From Balanoglossus misakiensis (taxonomy: Eukaryota > Animalia > Hemichordata), in contig CM082592.2 of the NCBI GenBank assembly GCA_040954595.2, positions 1,736,001-1,800,000 on the forward strand: a stretch of 64,000 nucleotides of DNA, in the 5' to 3' direction. A model generated the notes under the pieces. It was not told the DNA's origin and did no database searches. It worked only from the letters and a program-made list of their open reading frames with translations. This document shows, piece after piece, positions 52,428-64,000 of this stretch. Numbering within the stretch: position 1 is the first letter of the stretch; each line of letters begins with the position of its first letter. Position numbers and translations under genes: made by a program.

Positions 52428-52727
52428 GTGACGGCTGAGTTGCTTCCTTGCAAAGGTCTCGGAGTCGCACTCGATCACCTGCTCTTGTAACTCCCAATCT
52501 CTTTATTTCCCCTTCCGTCATGGAAAGAACGGTGGCAGCTTCAACCCGCTCATTGTCAAATTTATCTCCTGCAATATTGCCTCGATGTCCATCTCATTCG
52601 ACTGCGACTGAGACGCACAAAACAAACGGAAAACACGGGAAATGTCCGACAGCAAAAATTGTGCGCCCTCTGGTGAGGTGGAAGTGAAGGTTGTAAACAA
52701 GTAAATAATAATAATACTTGCAAAGTA

Positions 52728-53228
52728 TCTTAATATATTAACGAATCAAAATATAATCGTACTACTTCAACATTATATACTACTATTTATTTATAATATA
52801 TTAACGAATCAAAATATAATCGTACTACTTCAACATTATATACTACTATTTATTTATAATATATTAACGAATCAAAATATAATCGTACTACTTCAACATT
52901 ATATACTACTATTTATTTATAATATATTAACGATTCAAAATATAATCGTACTACTTCAACATTATATACTACTATTTATTTATAATATATTAACGAATCA
53001 AAATATAATCGTACTACTTCAACATTATATACTACTATTTATTTATAATATATTAACGAATCAAAATATAATCGTACTACTTCAACATTATATACTACTA
53101 TTTATTTATAATATATTAACGAATCAAAATATAATCGTACTACTTCAACATTATATACTACTATTTATTATAATATATTAACGAATCAAAATATAATCGT
53201 ACTACTTCAACATTATATACTACTATTG
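52728..53228 (-). repeat. 63-bp minisatellite, about 8 units, inverted relative to 51127-51435
   Basis: Reverse complement of the same unit. Confidence 0.95.
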
Positions 53229-54690
53229 CTATACTTAAGACCCCTGAGGCTTGCCATAAAGGAGTACCGGTGAAACCACTATAACTTCAGTATTTAGATG
53301 GGCATGATACATAACTACGCCTTCATTCTCTAGAATATTCAGTTCTGTAACTATAGGCCTGGTCAATTCCATCGCATTAACTACAGTGGATCCATTGATG
53401 AATGAAATGTTGTCTAGTTTGTTATTTTCCTCCTTTGGAAGACCGCCTAGTAACAGACACCAAACGCTTAGAGGGCTCCACTTCCTAGTACCGGTACTGC
53501 CTACATCATCAGAAAATAGAATGACTGGGACTGTCATCACCTTCTTACCAAGGTTTTCTGCTACTTTCTTCACTGGGTGACCGTCAACTACTTCTTTTGT
53601 AAACTGGAAAAAATGTGAAAAGTTTAACAATCAGTGTTTTTTTTTTTTAGTGTCAAGCGAGATCACATGCATGTTACCACAAAGGTTTAGGAGATCCTTG
53701 ATTATTTCTGGATAAGGGTAAAATGCTTCAATGTGTTCTGTGGCCCATTTCATTTAACTGTTCATTGGCTCATTCTTAATGTGACTATAAAGTAACAAAA
53801 TGAAGTAGATATACTAGCAATAACCCGGGAGGGTGTGTGTACGACGAGATATTGCACAATTCACAATCCATATATGCACCCGGCTGGCTACAGATCATGC
53901 ATATATGTTGTCAATTGTGCTATATCTCATGGTATACCTACTATTGGTGAGGGTTATTGATTAATTATAGCAAAGTCTGCACTGTACTACCTCACTGGAA
54001 AGTCGTCTCAATCCAGCATCTGTTAGCTTCCAACCTACAGTTTTATGGTCCAACCTGCCTGTGAATGGGCCTCTCAACCTGTCACTCGTTGCTGTAACTA
54101 CTTTGTCCGTGTGACAAACTTTGTCACCAGAAAGTGTGCAAACTATCAACTTGACAAGTACATCTGGTTGAGAATTACCACATTCTGTTTGTGTTCCCTA
54201 AAATAAGTAAAAAAAGCAATGTGTAAAATACTAACACCTTGTATGTTACAGGCGCAATCATTTTTGTGAAGCACTATTGTTGTTCAATACGGAACTATTT
54301 CAACAAAAAAAGAACTCACCTCTACATATATAGATGACAGATAACCAAGCTGCTGGGAGTCCTCATGATCAAACCACACGAAGTCCTTAATGAAATAAAC
54401 TTCACTGTTGACTTCAACCATAGGTGTGTGGAACCTTTGTTTTAGCCGCCACTTTTTAGCCTCATACATTTCTCTGGAAAACAATTAATCATACAGTTAT
54501 TGTCCAATCAATATTTTGTTAGGCATGGGGAACATTGGTAATGGATTTGGGAACCTCAGTAACATTTCTGCCATCCCAGTAAAATGACCGGGGAACTTCA
54601 GTAAATTCAACGTATAGTTGGGCTCCGTCTTCACATTTGCTGATTCTTTGCGTTTCTCTTTTCTCAGATGTCAACTTTCTGCATCTGAAC

Positions 54691-55387
54691 TAGACTTGCT
54701 CCAAGTCTATGGGCTGTGTAGGGAACGTGTCGGCCCATAGACTTGTATACTTTGCTGCTTTCCGGTTGCTATGAATTATTCATGTTGACGTCATTTATGA
54801 ATATTCATTAGCTAATTTAAATAGTGGGCGGAGTTTCAATGCATTACCTCGAGTACCCGAAAATCATATTTGGGTATCTCATAGCGAAAACGCAAACGGG
54901 TTTACTCATTTTATGTGAAATTCGTTCATCAATTTTTATGGTCTGATGGCTGAAACCAGTTGCAGTGCAGCGACACTGTACGATGTATACGCTCAAATTA
55001 CAGAGTGCGCGTGCCACACAAACAGACGTTGACATCACAGGTCGCGCCGTACTTGACTTACGAACGTGGGTTCTACGCGTTCACGTTATATCACATCTCT
55101 TTATTCTCATTGGCGCACGGGATCGACGCCCCTGTCAATCATTCTCGACTATGTCAACAAACGGCCTGAGCGTTTGTAGATTTTGCAAGGTGTACTAGTC
55201 GCTTGGTCGACGCTACCCGTAACCACAAGCTCAGTCGCAAATTCGAAACTCGCCTCACTACCAAAAACACGCTTAAGGCAAGCATGCATGCAAAAAGTAT
55301 TGAGATTATTTATTACGACAAAAAACCACCGAAAACACAAAAAGTATTGAGATTTAAAAATCACCAAGCGACTAGTGGGCTAGTCTA
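54691..55387. mobile_element. TAG...CTA element with 9-bp TSD (AcademH-like), intronic
   Basis: TSD CATCTGAAC at 54682-54690 and 55388-55396; TAGACT/AGTCTA ends; inner TIR pair TAGTCGCTTGGT at 55196-55374. Confidence 0.75.
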
Positions 55388-57805
55388 CATCTGAACCTAT
55401 GCCATGTTCATAGTGGAGAGCAAGCCACATTCTGAGTATTTTACTTTAAAAAAAAACAAGATCTTCTGTTGTGTAGGTTCAGATGTAGAGCAAGGTGGAA
55501 ATGAACACACAAAATGATTAAAGCAAAAGGACAGATACACTCTACATCTGATTTTAATCAGATTGATATATTGTCTATATCAACGCATTAAATGTAGAAA
55601 CATGCAGTAACTATACATTAACATGTTGCTTGTTGATTTCCTTGGATAGTGTACAAGTTTTGAAGAAATACTAGGTACAGCCAATTTTCTCCGTAAAATA
55701 TCAGTGACTGAGAGTGAGTAAAAGGTTTGCCCCTTCCTGTTAGTAAACTGTAGAATTAAAATGAAATATGTTACACAACGCTTGAAATCAACTAGCATGT
55801 TGTAGTTTCAGACCATTTATAATTCACGCCATTGGATGAATTTATTATCCTATCAGCGATTATGTTATCACTCAAACATAGAGAAAACTATGCATAGCAA
55901 GGACTTTCTCTTGTATATACTTTTTATAAATATTCCTCGTGAGATATTTTAAATATACCTACCAAATTTGGTTCAAACTTCCCTGGGAGCCGAGAAAGAT
56001 ATTCTTTAACCTGATATAATGATGGTGTGGTTGGGTCTCTTTTCCTCAATAAAAACCATATATACTTCAGATTGGTTTCACCCTGTTGAACATCAAAATG
56101 CAAAACAAAAGCTACTGATGAGAAACAGCCGTGGCTTTTTTGTCTTATGATCAATCAACAAATATAGAGTGTATAGTGCCATTGTAACAGAATCTGCACA
56201 AAATTAGCTTCCTCACATAACTGAACTACAAGACTATCATCACCTACCAGTGGCCTGGGTGCACAAAGAAGACAAGCCAACTCTGCATAGTGCTGATTTT
56301 TAAATGGATACCATTCATTATACTCATCATTGCCCAATGCTGTGCATGTTTCACCTTCACATAGGTCTTCAGCTGTATCCTCATAGTCTGTAAGTTATTA
56401 AAATCATTCTAAAAATATTGTATAACACTGCATACACCATCTACTTCTATCTTATACTTGCACACACACACACTTAAAAAACCACTACGGATACTCACAT
56501 TCGTTCCACTGGTTAATTCTGTCTAAATCTGAATCCTCTTGCAAGTCTTGATCAATATCATTTTCACTGCAATGGATCTAGGAAGCAACATCATAATGAC
56601 TTACTAACGGATTTGGATCAAACCATGGAGATAAAAGAGTTAAGTATAAAATGTTACAAAAATGAAAACAAATTACATGTATAAAAGGGCACATATTTTT
56701 GGTACAATCATAACTTCCCAAATAGGATGATTATCTTATCTAGTTGCTCTGATTGCAACATACAAATTGGTAAATCTTAACTGACAATGTCAATCATGAA
56801 CTACTAACATCAAAACCGGTTAAACTATATTAACTAATTTTACATACCAATGAGGAAATTGTAGTGTCATGTGCTGAAACCAATGTTGTTGTGTTAATTG
56901 AGACAGGAGAGGCCTGTGTAACTATGGTACACGTTGTTGATGTGCAAAGCTTCTTTGAAACCTGGAGACAAAAATATAGAATGAGATCAACAACAAAAAT
57001 ACGCATTAAGATATATTAATTTACAAATATCTACATCAGTTAAGTAATATCCATGTCATGTTTTTGCTGGATCTAATCAGACTGTCATGTGGTAAGTATT
57101 AATCTATAAAATTTAAGTTAATTAACTATCCATCATGGGCACAAACTCTATTCAAACTGACCAATTTTTTTTTAGTATCTTATTGCAAAATTACACACCT
57201 GTATCTCTGATGGTTCCGCAACACTTATGTTGTCTCGCTTCCTTGCCAACAACTGATCCTTATACTTGTGATTTTTACTTCGGACATGCTTGTTCATGTA
57301 ACGGGCCGATGCAAATACTTTGCTGCACACTCTACACTCTGGCGGCTGTGACATTGTGGACGCCTTTTTCAAGAATCTGTGACATGGAATTTAGAAATAT
57401 TGTTTAAAACTTTTATTAACGATATTAACAACGACAATCTGATTAAAATAATTTCCATCAAGAGCAGCAGAAAGATCATGTGTTCTATATGGAGCAAAAA
57501 TAGGGGGGAAAACCGAGAAAGTCATCTCGTCAGGCTTGAATGCTTGCGACCTGTACTACTATACGGCACCCCCCCTAAATCTGTCAGACGACCACTCGTT
57601 GGGCAGGTTGAATTATTTACCATCGGTATTTACCCATCGAAGATAAATTAGTATGATCTTGATCTTTGGCTGTCATGCGGGTGTTTACCTACTGATAACT
57701 GTATCTTTACAAAAAAATAATCTTACCTTATAATACGTGTTTACTATCCGACATTCTTCGGGAACATACATTAATACTTACACGGAGCGCAGCGTCCGAC
57801 GTTAA

Positions 57806-57979
57806 AGGTATACGGTCACCTCCAATTTACATATCGCCATATATAGTTGAAATGGCGTATTTGAGTGTTCTATAGAACGCTTTATTTTCGCGTGTGCCAT
57901 CCACTGAAAATCTGTGATTGGTTAGATCTCGATTTACCATGGTAACTGTGGCTAAATTTGTATAGGTGACCGTATACCT
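57806..57979. mobile_element. Kolobok-like MITE (174 bp)
   Basis: TTAA TSD; TIR AGGTATACGGTCACCT. Confidence 0.85.
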
Positions 57980-58403
57980 TTAATACTAATGAGAAAAACT
58001 ATTTCCTTAATGGGAGTCGAATATTCGCTCACACCATTGGTCCAATCCTTTAGAGCGCGCCCCCTACCCACAGATTTAACCAATAGACAAGTCCCTTACT
58101 TCCATCGACGTTCAGTCTCGTGTATAAACAAAACATCAGATGCTGACGATAGTTGAAACCCACATTTTTTCCTGAGTACATATTCTTTTTCAAAGGTATA
58201 AATAAATACACGAACACGAAGAATAGTTAAAACGCGAACATAGCGACGCAAAATCAAAGCTGATGGACGTGTAATAGTCGCCAAAACAGAAAAAGCACCG
58301 AGCTTTAGCCCAGCGCGCGAGCGCGTGAGACGACCGCCCTGGGGGGGGGGGGGGATTTCTCGCTCGCGCACGTACACAACACTCCGTACTGAACCAACTC
58401 ACG

Positions 58404-59253
58404 ATGGCGAGTTCAAGTTCTTTTAGCGCCGCGTCTCCCATTTTTGGACCTTCGGCTCCACTTTTTAAAGAAAGTCAGAGAAAGCGTCAGCTCGACTTCG
58501 ATACAAGTACTGGGATGTCAAAGAAAACCAAAAAAGAAGCACTACAACAAAGAACGAAAGGTAATATTTTTAATTAATGTGCACCGCTGACAGCCGCTAC
58601 TCGGTTCGCGTTAACCGTAGGTGATAAGTTTGATTTGTGTGTTAACTATGAGGTCATCCCCGCCCACTTGTATGTAAATAGGACAGTTGACACCCATTAT
58701 CTGAGGTCAAGATGATTTACGTTGTTTTGCCGAACTCCGCAAATATTATTTGGTTGTATTATCAAAAAACCGTCGTGTAAACATATACGAAATATACGTT
58801 TAAGTTTAGTCCCAAAATTATCAGGAAAATATATCAGTAAAGCAATTATTGGGTTTCATCATTAACTTTCTAACACTTAATAATTGAATCTCAACACAGA
58901 CAATGCTGGTAGACTTAACCACCACAACAAACACCCTGACCCTACAAGTAAACCGACCAGCAGTGGTACCGTACCCACCACCAACAACAACAACAGCAGC
59001 ATCAACAATAACAACAACAACAACAACAACAACAACACAAATAAAATGAATGGAATACTAAAGATCATAAAGAACATCCAATCAAAAATGGACAAAGTCA
59101 TAGAGGAGCAGGAAAAAATAAAGGCGGCTGTTCACAAGCTATCAAAACAACAGAGCCAACATTTTGAAATATCTGTCAGTCTGTATGTCTGTCTGTCTGT
59201 CTGTCTGTCAGTCTGTCTGTCTGTCTGTCTATCTGTCAGTCATTCAGTCTGTA

Positions 59254-59288
<35 letters not shown>

Positions 59289-59894
59289 ATGTATGTATGT
59301 ATGTATGTATGTATGTATGTATGTATGTATGTATGTATGTATGTATGTATGTATGTATGCATCTCTGATTATTTTATTTCTACACATGTTAGATCATGGC
59401 CATTAAAGAAGATAGGCGCCATTACCAAAATATGGACACCCTGACTTTGGCGGAATCAATATGCCATAGAAAATTGACCAATGTCACGCCACGGATCACT
59501 TTCTGTTTGGCACTGATTGTAAGTGTGTTATAATTATCGATTATTTTTAATGTGAGACACACGTAAAAAGAAAAATCACCAAGTATACATTGCTGATGGT
59601 GAAGTTTCATTATCTCTTCACTATTTTAGTTCAATATAGATGTACATGTATGTGATTTTTTTTTCTACTCAATATTCCAAGGTTTATGGCATTCATGTTT
59701 TTCAGTTGCATGGAGTAGAACAAGATTTTTACTTTACAACTACAAACAACAATGTAATTCTTTTCAATTTTCAGCGCAAGTTCATCAGGGACAGAAACCC
59801 TGGCAGAAGGGGGTTTTGGTCGGCGTACCAAGATTGGTACATTGCCTGTGGCGAGAAGCTAAAACACGCGAAGACGAGGAGATATATGCAGTAG
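58404..59894 (+). CDS. Second gene of the EnSpm-like element, 225 aa, unknown function; exons 58404-58560, 58900-59174, 59393-59518, 59775-59894
   Basis: GT-AG sites with consistent phases 1,0,0 and no stops; basic NLS-like patch, poly-Asn, coiled-coil-like LKIIKNIQSKMDKVIEEQEKIKAAVHKL, aromatic C-terminus FWSAYQDWY. Confidence 0.7.
59175..59359. repeat. (GTCT)n(GT)n(ATGT)n microsatellite
   Basis: Directly visible; intronic. Confidence 0.95.
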
Positions 59895-62800
59895 ACAGTG
59901 ACTAAACCTGTCATATGACAGAACTCCATGACCTCTGCGCTGCGCACAATCTGTGCTGTACGGAAGTTGTTTTCACAAGTGATGCAGTGCGTATTCTGTT
60001 GCAGAACTCTCACTAGCTATGCTCCTGAAAGTACAGCAGAACACCCTGCATCACATGTGAAAACAACTTCCGTACAGCACAGATTGTGCGCAGAGGTCAT
60101 GGAGTTCTGTTATTGCTGCATATATTTCCTCGTTTTGGTGGAAATTTAAGTTCCATCATTCAAATAGCCATGTAGTTTTGCAGTTAGATGTTTATTGTTA
60201 TTTAATAGTTCATTTTCTTGGTTTGTTAAATTGTTGTACATTTTATTAAATTTCATTAAAATAATAAACATTTTGAACCTTTTAATGCTAATGCGTCTAT
60301 GCATATGTCAAAAATTCATGCACACACACATTCACATTACATATCAGAGTATGTTATACAATTTAGCAAAGACAATATTGACACAAAAGTGGGGAAAGCT
60401 GCCAATAAAATAAATTATACACACATATTTAGGTGATGTAATGAAGCCCTTGCACTGTTTACTCATGACACACTTTGTATCATACAGCAATGTTCCCGGT
60501 ATAGTACATATAACTGTTACACTCGTGCTACACACATGCTACACCAATGTACCAGCAGGGCTGTAGCAGGCATGCTGGCACAGTAATGTAACAGCCTTGC
60601 TGCTATAATGTTTCTAGTGTGCTACATGCCTGCAGCATAATTGCTGCATGCGTGTAGCACACATGCTCTGACACGCATGTAGCAGTACTGCTACATCACA
60701 TATGTAACACTACTGAGATTACTGACAAGTAACAGGCATGTTACATTGCTGCTACTCGTCAGTTATGCAGCATGGCTGCAGACTTTTAGCTGTGTAGTAT
60801 CCTTAGTTACCTAAATGTTATTCGTATTATGCATGAGGAGGTGGGGCTTCCAAACCCCATGGACAAGAACTGGTTTTTAAATATGGTTAAACGCGGTATT
60901 CAGAGGGCCAAGGGCTGCCCTCCAGCTCAGAAATTACCTATCACACTTGATATTCTGAGGGCCATTCATGCCCAGTTGGACCTGTCCATTCCTATTAACA
61001 TTAATTTTTGGTGCACTTGTATTGTTGCATTTGTTACATTTGCCAGAAAATCAACCCTACTCAACAAATCTGCAGGTCATCATGTGCGTGGGAAATCATT
61101 GTGTAAGGAAGATGTGAGTTTTACCCCAGAAGGTGCTGTACTAACCATCAGGCACTCAAAAACAATTCAGTTTGGCCAACGGGTCCTCCAGATACACATC
61201 CCCAGGGTGCCCGGCTCCACCCTCTGCCCAGTAGCAGCTTTACATGCTATGTTGTCCCACACAAGCTCAGCAAAACCGGGTGATCCCCTTTTCATGTATT
61301 GTACGACTGGTAAAACTTGTGGCCTCCAGTGTCTCACACATGGCAAATTTGTGCAATTACTTAGCCTTGTGCTCGAGCAGGAGGTTATGATCCAAAGCAG
61401 TATTCAGGCCATTCATTTCGGAGGGGTGGGGCATCATTAGCCTTCAGTATTGGAATTCCCCCCTTACTGATCAAACAACAAGGGGATTGGAAGTCAAACG
61501 AGAAGTATATTTTCTTTAGATCCGAGACTAAGCAAAAAATGGTTAGAGCCATGTCAGTTGCCATGTCAATGTAGTTAGTGTGGCTAGACGACGACAAAAA
61601 AAAAAGGGTGGAAAAGTAACTTTTCCGGTGTTGGGGGTTTGGCGGATTAGTGTTGTCAATAAAGATTGACCGTTGACCCCCAACACAGTGTTTGCTGTAG
61701 TTATGTTAGCATAAAATTATGTAATGACATTGCTGTATATATTTTGTTACCTAATACGACATTTTTATTCTTAGTGTAATTTCTCTTTCTCGTTCTGTTT
61801 TTATTCTTTACTATCAACCATGTGATATGGCCATGTGACCCACAGCATTGTCATTTCCAGGTGACGGGCAAGCAATATTTCGGCATCAAGTAAAAGTTTT
61901 TCCGAGTATGTTATTACTTTAGAGCCACCAAACACGTAACATGTATCAGGTATGGTGCCTCATCAGCCTTTTTGTCTGCACCATGTTAGTCCACGTTGCT
62001 GAAGTTGCCCGTCATCTGGAAATTTGAATTCGAATGTAACTGCCGCCTGAGCATGTCTGACGTCATTTGATATCAAAGAATTGTATTTTAACTGGGTTTT
62101 TTTATTGTTGTTTTTTACTATCTGTTTGTGCCTGTTTGTTTGTTTCTGTTATTGCTGAGTTTTTCTTCTTTCTTCTTGAGTTGTTTTTTTTGCCAACGTT
62201 TTTCTCATAAACCCTGCACCTGCGCTTATCAAACTTGGCACGGTGGTTGGTTCCCATGAGTGCTGGTGCACCTGCCCTTTGAATTTGTAATTAGTCACGT
62301 GACTTGGTGGCTATAATCAAGCGAAATTTTCAAATTGACCTATTTTGCACGTTAATGGGGGCATGTACGTTTTTTCACGATTTTTGTAGACCATGTGGCC
62401 AAAATCCCCTGTGCCAAATTTCAAGGTCCTAGGTCACGTCAATTTTGAGAAGATTTTTGTAATATTTTTTGTATTTTTGGTGGGCTGAGAATGAACACTG
62501 GGGCATCTGAGTCTGACCGTCATTCGCTAATGTAGTGGAGGTCTCATTAGCAGGGTACTCACTTTTGGCGGGTTGCAGAAGTCCTTGGAAAATCGGCTGA
62601 AATACGTAGACAGACCATTGATTATTTTCCACGGAATGAATTTTGGGACAACACATTGTCGGAGTTCGGGCTGTGTTAGGGCGTTTTATTGAATTACGCT
62701 GAGTTTGTTAGCTGTTGCCATTCAAATGTGTCTGCGCAGACCTGGCTACACTGGTTAGCGTTGCGGCAGTGGACTTTGACCCTCAGTCGCTAATGTTGTG

Positions 62801-64000
62801 GGAGGTTTCATTAGCATGATAGTCACATGTAGTGGATAGTAGTTCGGGAAATTGGCCGAAATACGTAAGCAGACCAGTGATTTTCTTGCACGAAGGGAGT
62901 ATGGTACCAGCAATAATCAGAGATCAGGCTTTGTTGCCGTTCAAAAGTTCCTACTTCAGTCGTGACGTTGCAACTGGACGTTCAGTGTGGGGGTCGGCCC
63001 GCAGGTGGCCGTGGGGGTTACCAGGTCGCCCGTGATGGCACGCAGCTTCATGCAGCTGTATGGGACCAAAATAATACGCCCGATTCGAGGGTCACCTGTG
63101 ACTCCTGTGTAACTCAATAATTATGTGCATACGTAATTGTGGGGTCAATAAAAGCGATGCTAGCGTGGTATTTGCTGCACATGGATCGATATGAAGTCCG
63201 ATTTTCCCGTCAAGTTGTGGGCGACCTTGCTTAGTGAGCATCCACAGCAGATGCATGCAGCTTTTGCATGGGGGGCATATACGGATGGAACCATAATGAT
63301 ATACCAAAGACGGGGTCACCTGTTGCATCTGCCTAAGTCAATGATTTTGTATATTTAATTGGACACTAACCAACAGGGCGATAGGTGTGGTTTTTGTTCC
63401 ACAGGAACGAATGTAAGTGTCAGTTGGTTTTTTCCAAATGTATAAGGTGATTTGGATGACCTCTGTCGTACAGTGCCATATCTCAGCACGTTGTACAGGT
63501 GCAGCTTTGGTATTTGGAGGGATGAAACTATCATGAAATGCCAAATACAGGGGGATACCTGCGACACCTGCGTGATTCATGTATTACGTGCATACATAAT
63601 GGTAGGCAAAGTGAAAGGGCTGCAAATGTAGGATTTGTTGCACATGACATAAACAGAAATGAAAATTTTTTGTCAAATTTTTGGGTGACCTCAGGTGTCC
63701 ATTGACCTGCTTTCCATATGTTAGCATGCACAGCATATATAGCCAGGTGTTTGGAGGGGTAGGGTAGGACCGTCATGAAACGCTTAATTCCTCGGCCCAC
63801 CTGTAAGTTACTTGCGTAACTCATTATTATGGCCATACCTAATTTGACAAACCCAAAGGGCGAGGATTTTCCGTAGTCTTGAATATGAACCAAATAGGAA
63901 TCCTAATTTTTGGGTACCCTCAGCTGCCCTTTGAAGTACTTACTGAAGTACTTACATAACGTAGAAGTTCACTTTTGGTTGTTGTGTTTGTACTTGTAGG

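Larger units (their letters stand above)
50490..53258. mobile_element. IS3EU-like non-autonomous foldback element inserted in a transposase exon
   Basis: TAT...ATA termini (TATGGCAAGCCTCAGGGGTC), 6-bp TSD AAGGAG (50484-50489, 53259-53264); removal restores SPVLLVKADN. Confidence 0.82.
46500..57354 (-). pseudogene. Multi-exon CMC/EnSpm-like transposase with N-terminal C2H2 finger, disrupted
   Basis: Exons read CRVCSKVF..MNKHVRSKNH; WYPFKN; VPVILFSDDVG...LGGLPKEEN; VSPVLL|VKADN...FCQRC; KPKIHMLLHL...YGPCGCFDTER; NHHNPSRDLA. The 3' end is approximate. Confidence 0.8.
42932..60794. mobile_element. 17.9-kb CMC/EnSpm(CACTA)-like DNA transposon
   Basis: CAC...GTG termini (CACAACCAAAGT / ACTTTTAGCTGTG), 2-bp TA TSD, subterminal TGTAGCA/TGCTACA repeats at both ends, internal spliced transposase. 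Confidence 0.85.
41922..61575 (+). pseudogene. DIRS/Ngaro tyrosine recombinase in three pieces (41922-42104, 42910-42931, 60797-61575)
   Basis: AYAESTKKAY...RYAAFL|ARTLKPS|SILSYLNVIRIMH...FARKS...SKTIQFG...CPVAAL...HSFRRGGA...GDWKS. Confidence 0.9.
30400..61700 (+). mobile_element. DIRS-order (Ngaro-like) tyrosine-recombinase retrotransposon split into four pieces by nested insertions
   Basis: Pieces at about 30400-32625, 41420-42104, 42910-42931 and 60797 to about 61700 rejoin in frame as gag, RT-RNase H and YR. The outer ends are approximate. Confidence 0.88.

Noticed and set aside
51127-53228. Regular 63-bp arrays as a CRISPR array
   Set aside because: The units are head-to-tail with no unique spacers, there are no cas genes, and the context is eukaryotic.
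61580-61720. Split direct repeats or ITRs of the DIRS/Ngaro element
   Set aside because: I could not match this to the 5' end by eye, so the termini remain approximate.
62000-64000. Short ORFs in the final 2 kb
   Set aside because: No protein motifs; it looks like unclassified repeat DNA, with no ends definable within the window.

Overview
Repeat-dense, AT-rich animal (probably marine invertebrate) genomic DNA with spliceosomal introns; it is not prokaryotic. The left half (1-30 kb) holds LINE fragments, a decayed Pif1-like helicase, Crypton (DUF3504) tyrosine-recombinase fragments, TTAA MITEs and an intact tRNA-Thr(AGT). It also holds two small spliced host genes missed by the ORF track. 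One is a 3-exon, 75-aa secreted precursor predicted to release a cyclic amidated peptide (17809-21714, +). The other is a 4-exon, 131-aa GPI-anchored Ly6/uPAR three-finger protein (23476-25294, -). The right half (30.4-61.6 kb) is one DIRS/Ngaro-type retrotransposon stretched over about 31 kb by nested insertions: an Academ-like foldback containing a Gypsy element, a Harbinger MITE, and a 17.9-kb CMC/EnSpm-like element. The EnSpm-like element carries two divergent intron-containing genes and hosts further Academ-, IS3EU- and Kolobok-like elements. Several unrelated palindromes share a tandem GA/GA mismatch plus GNA-loop hairpin signature. All calls are from manual reading; superfamily names rest on termini, TSD rules and remembered motifs, not on database searches.
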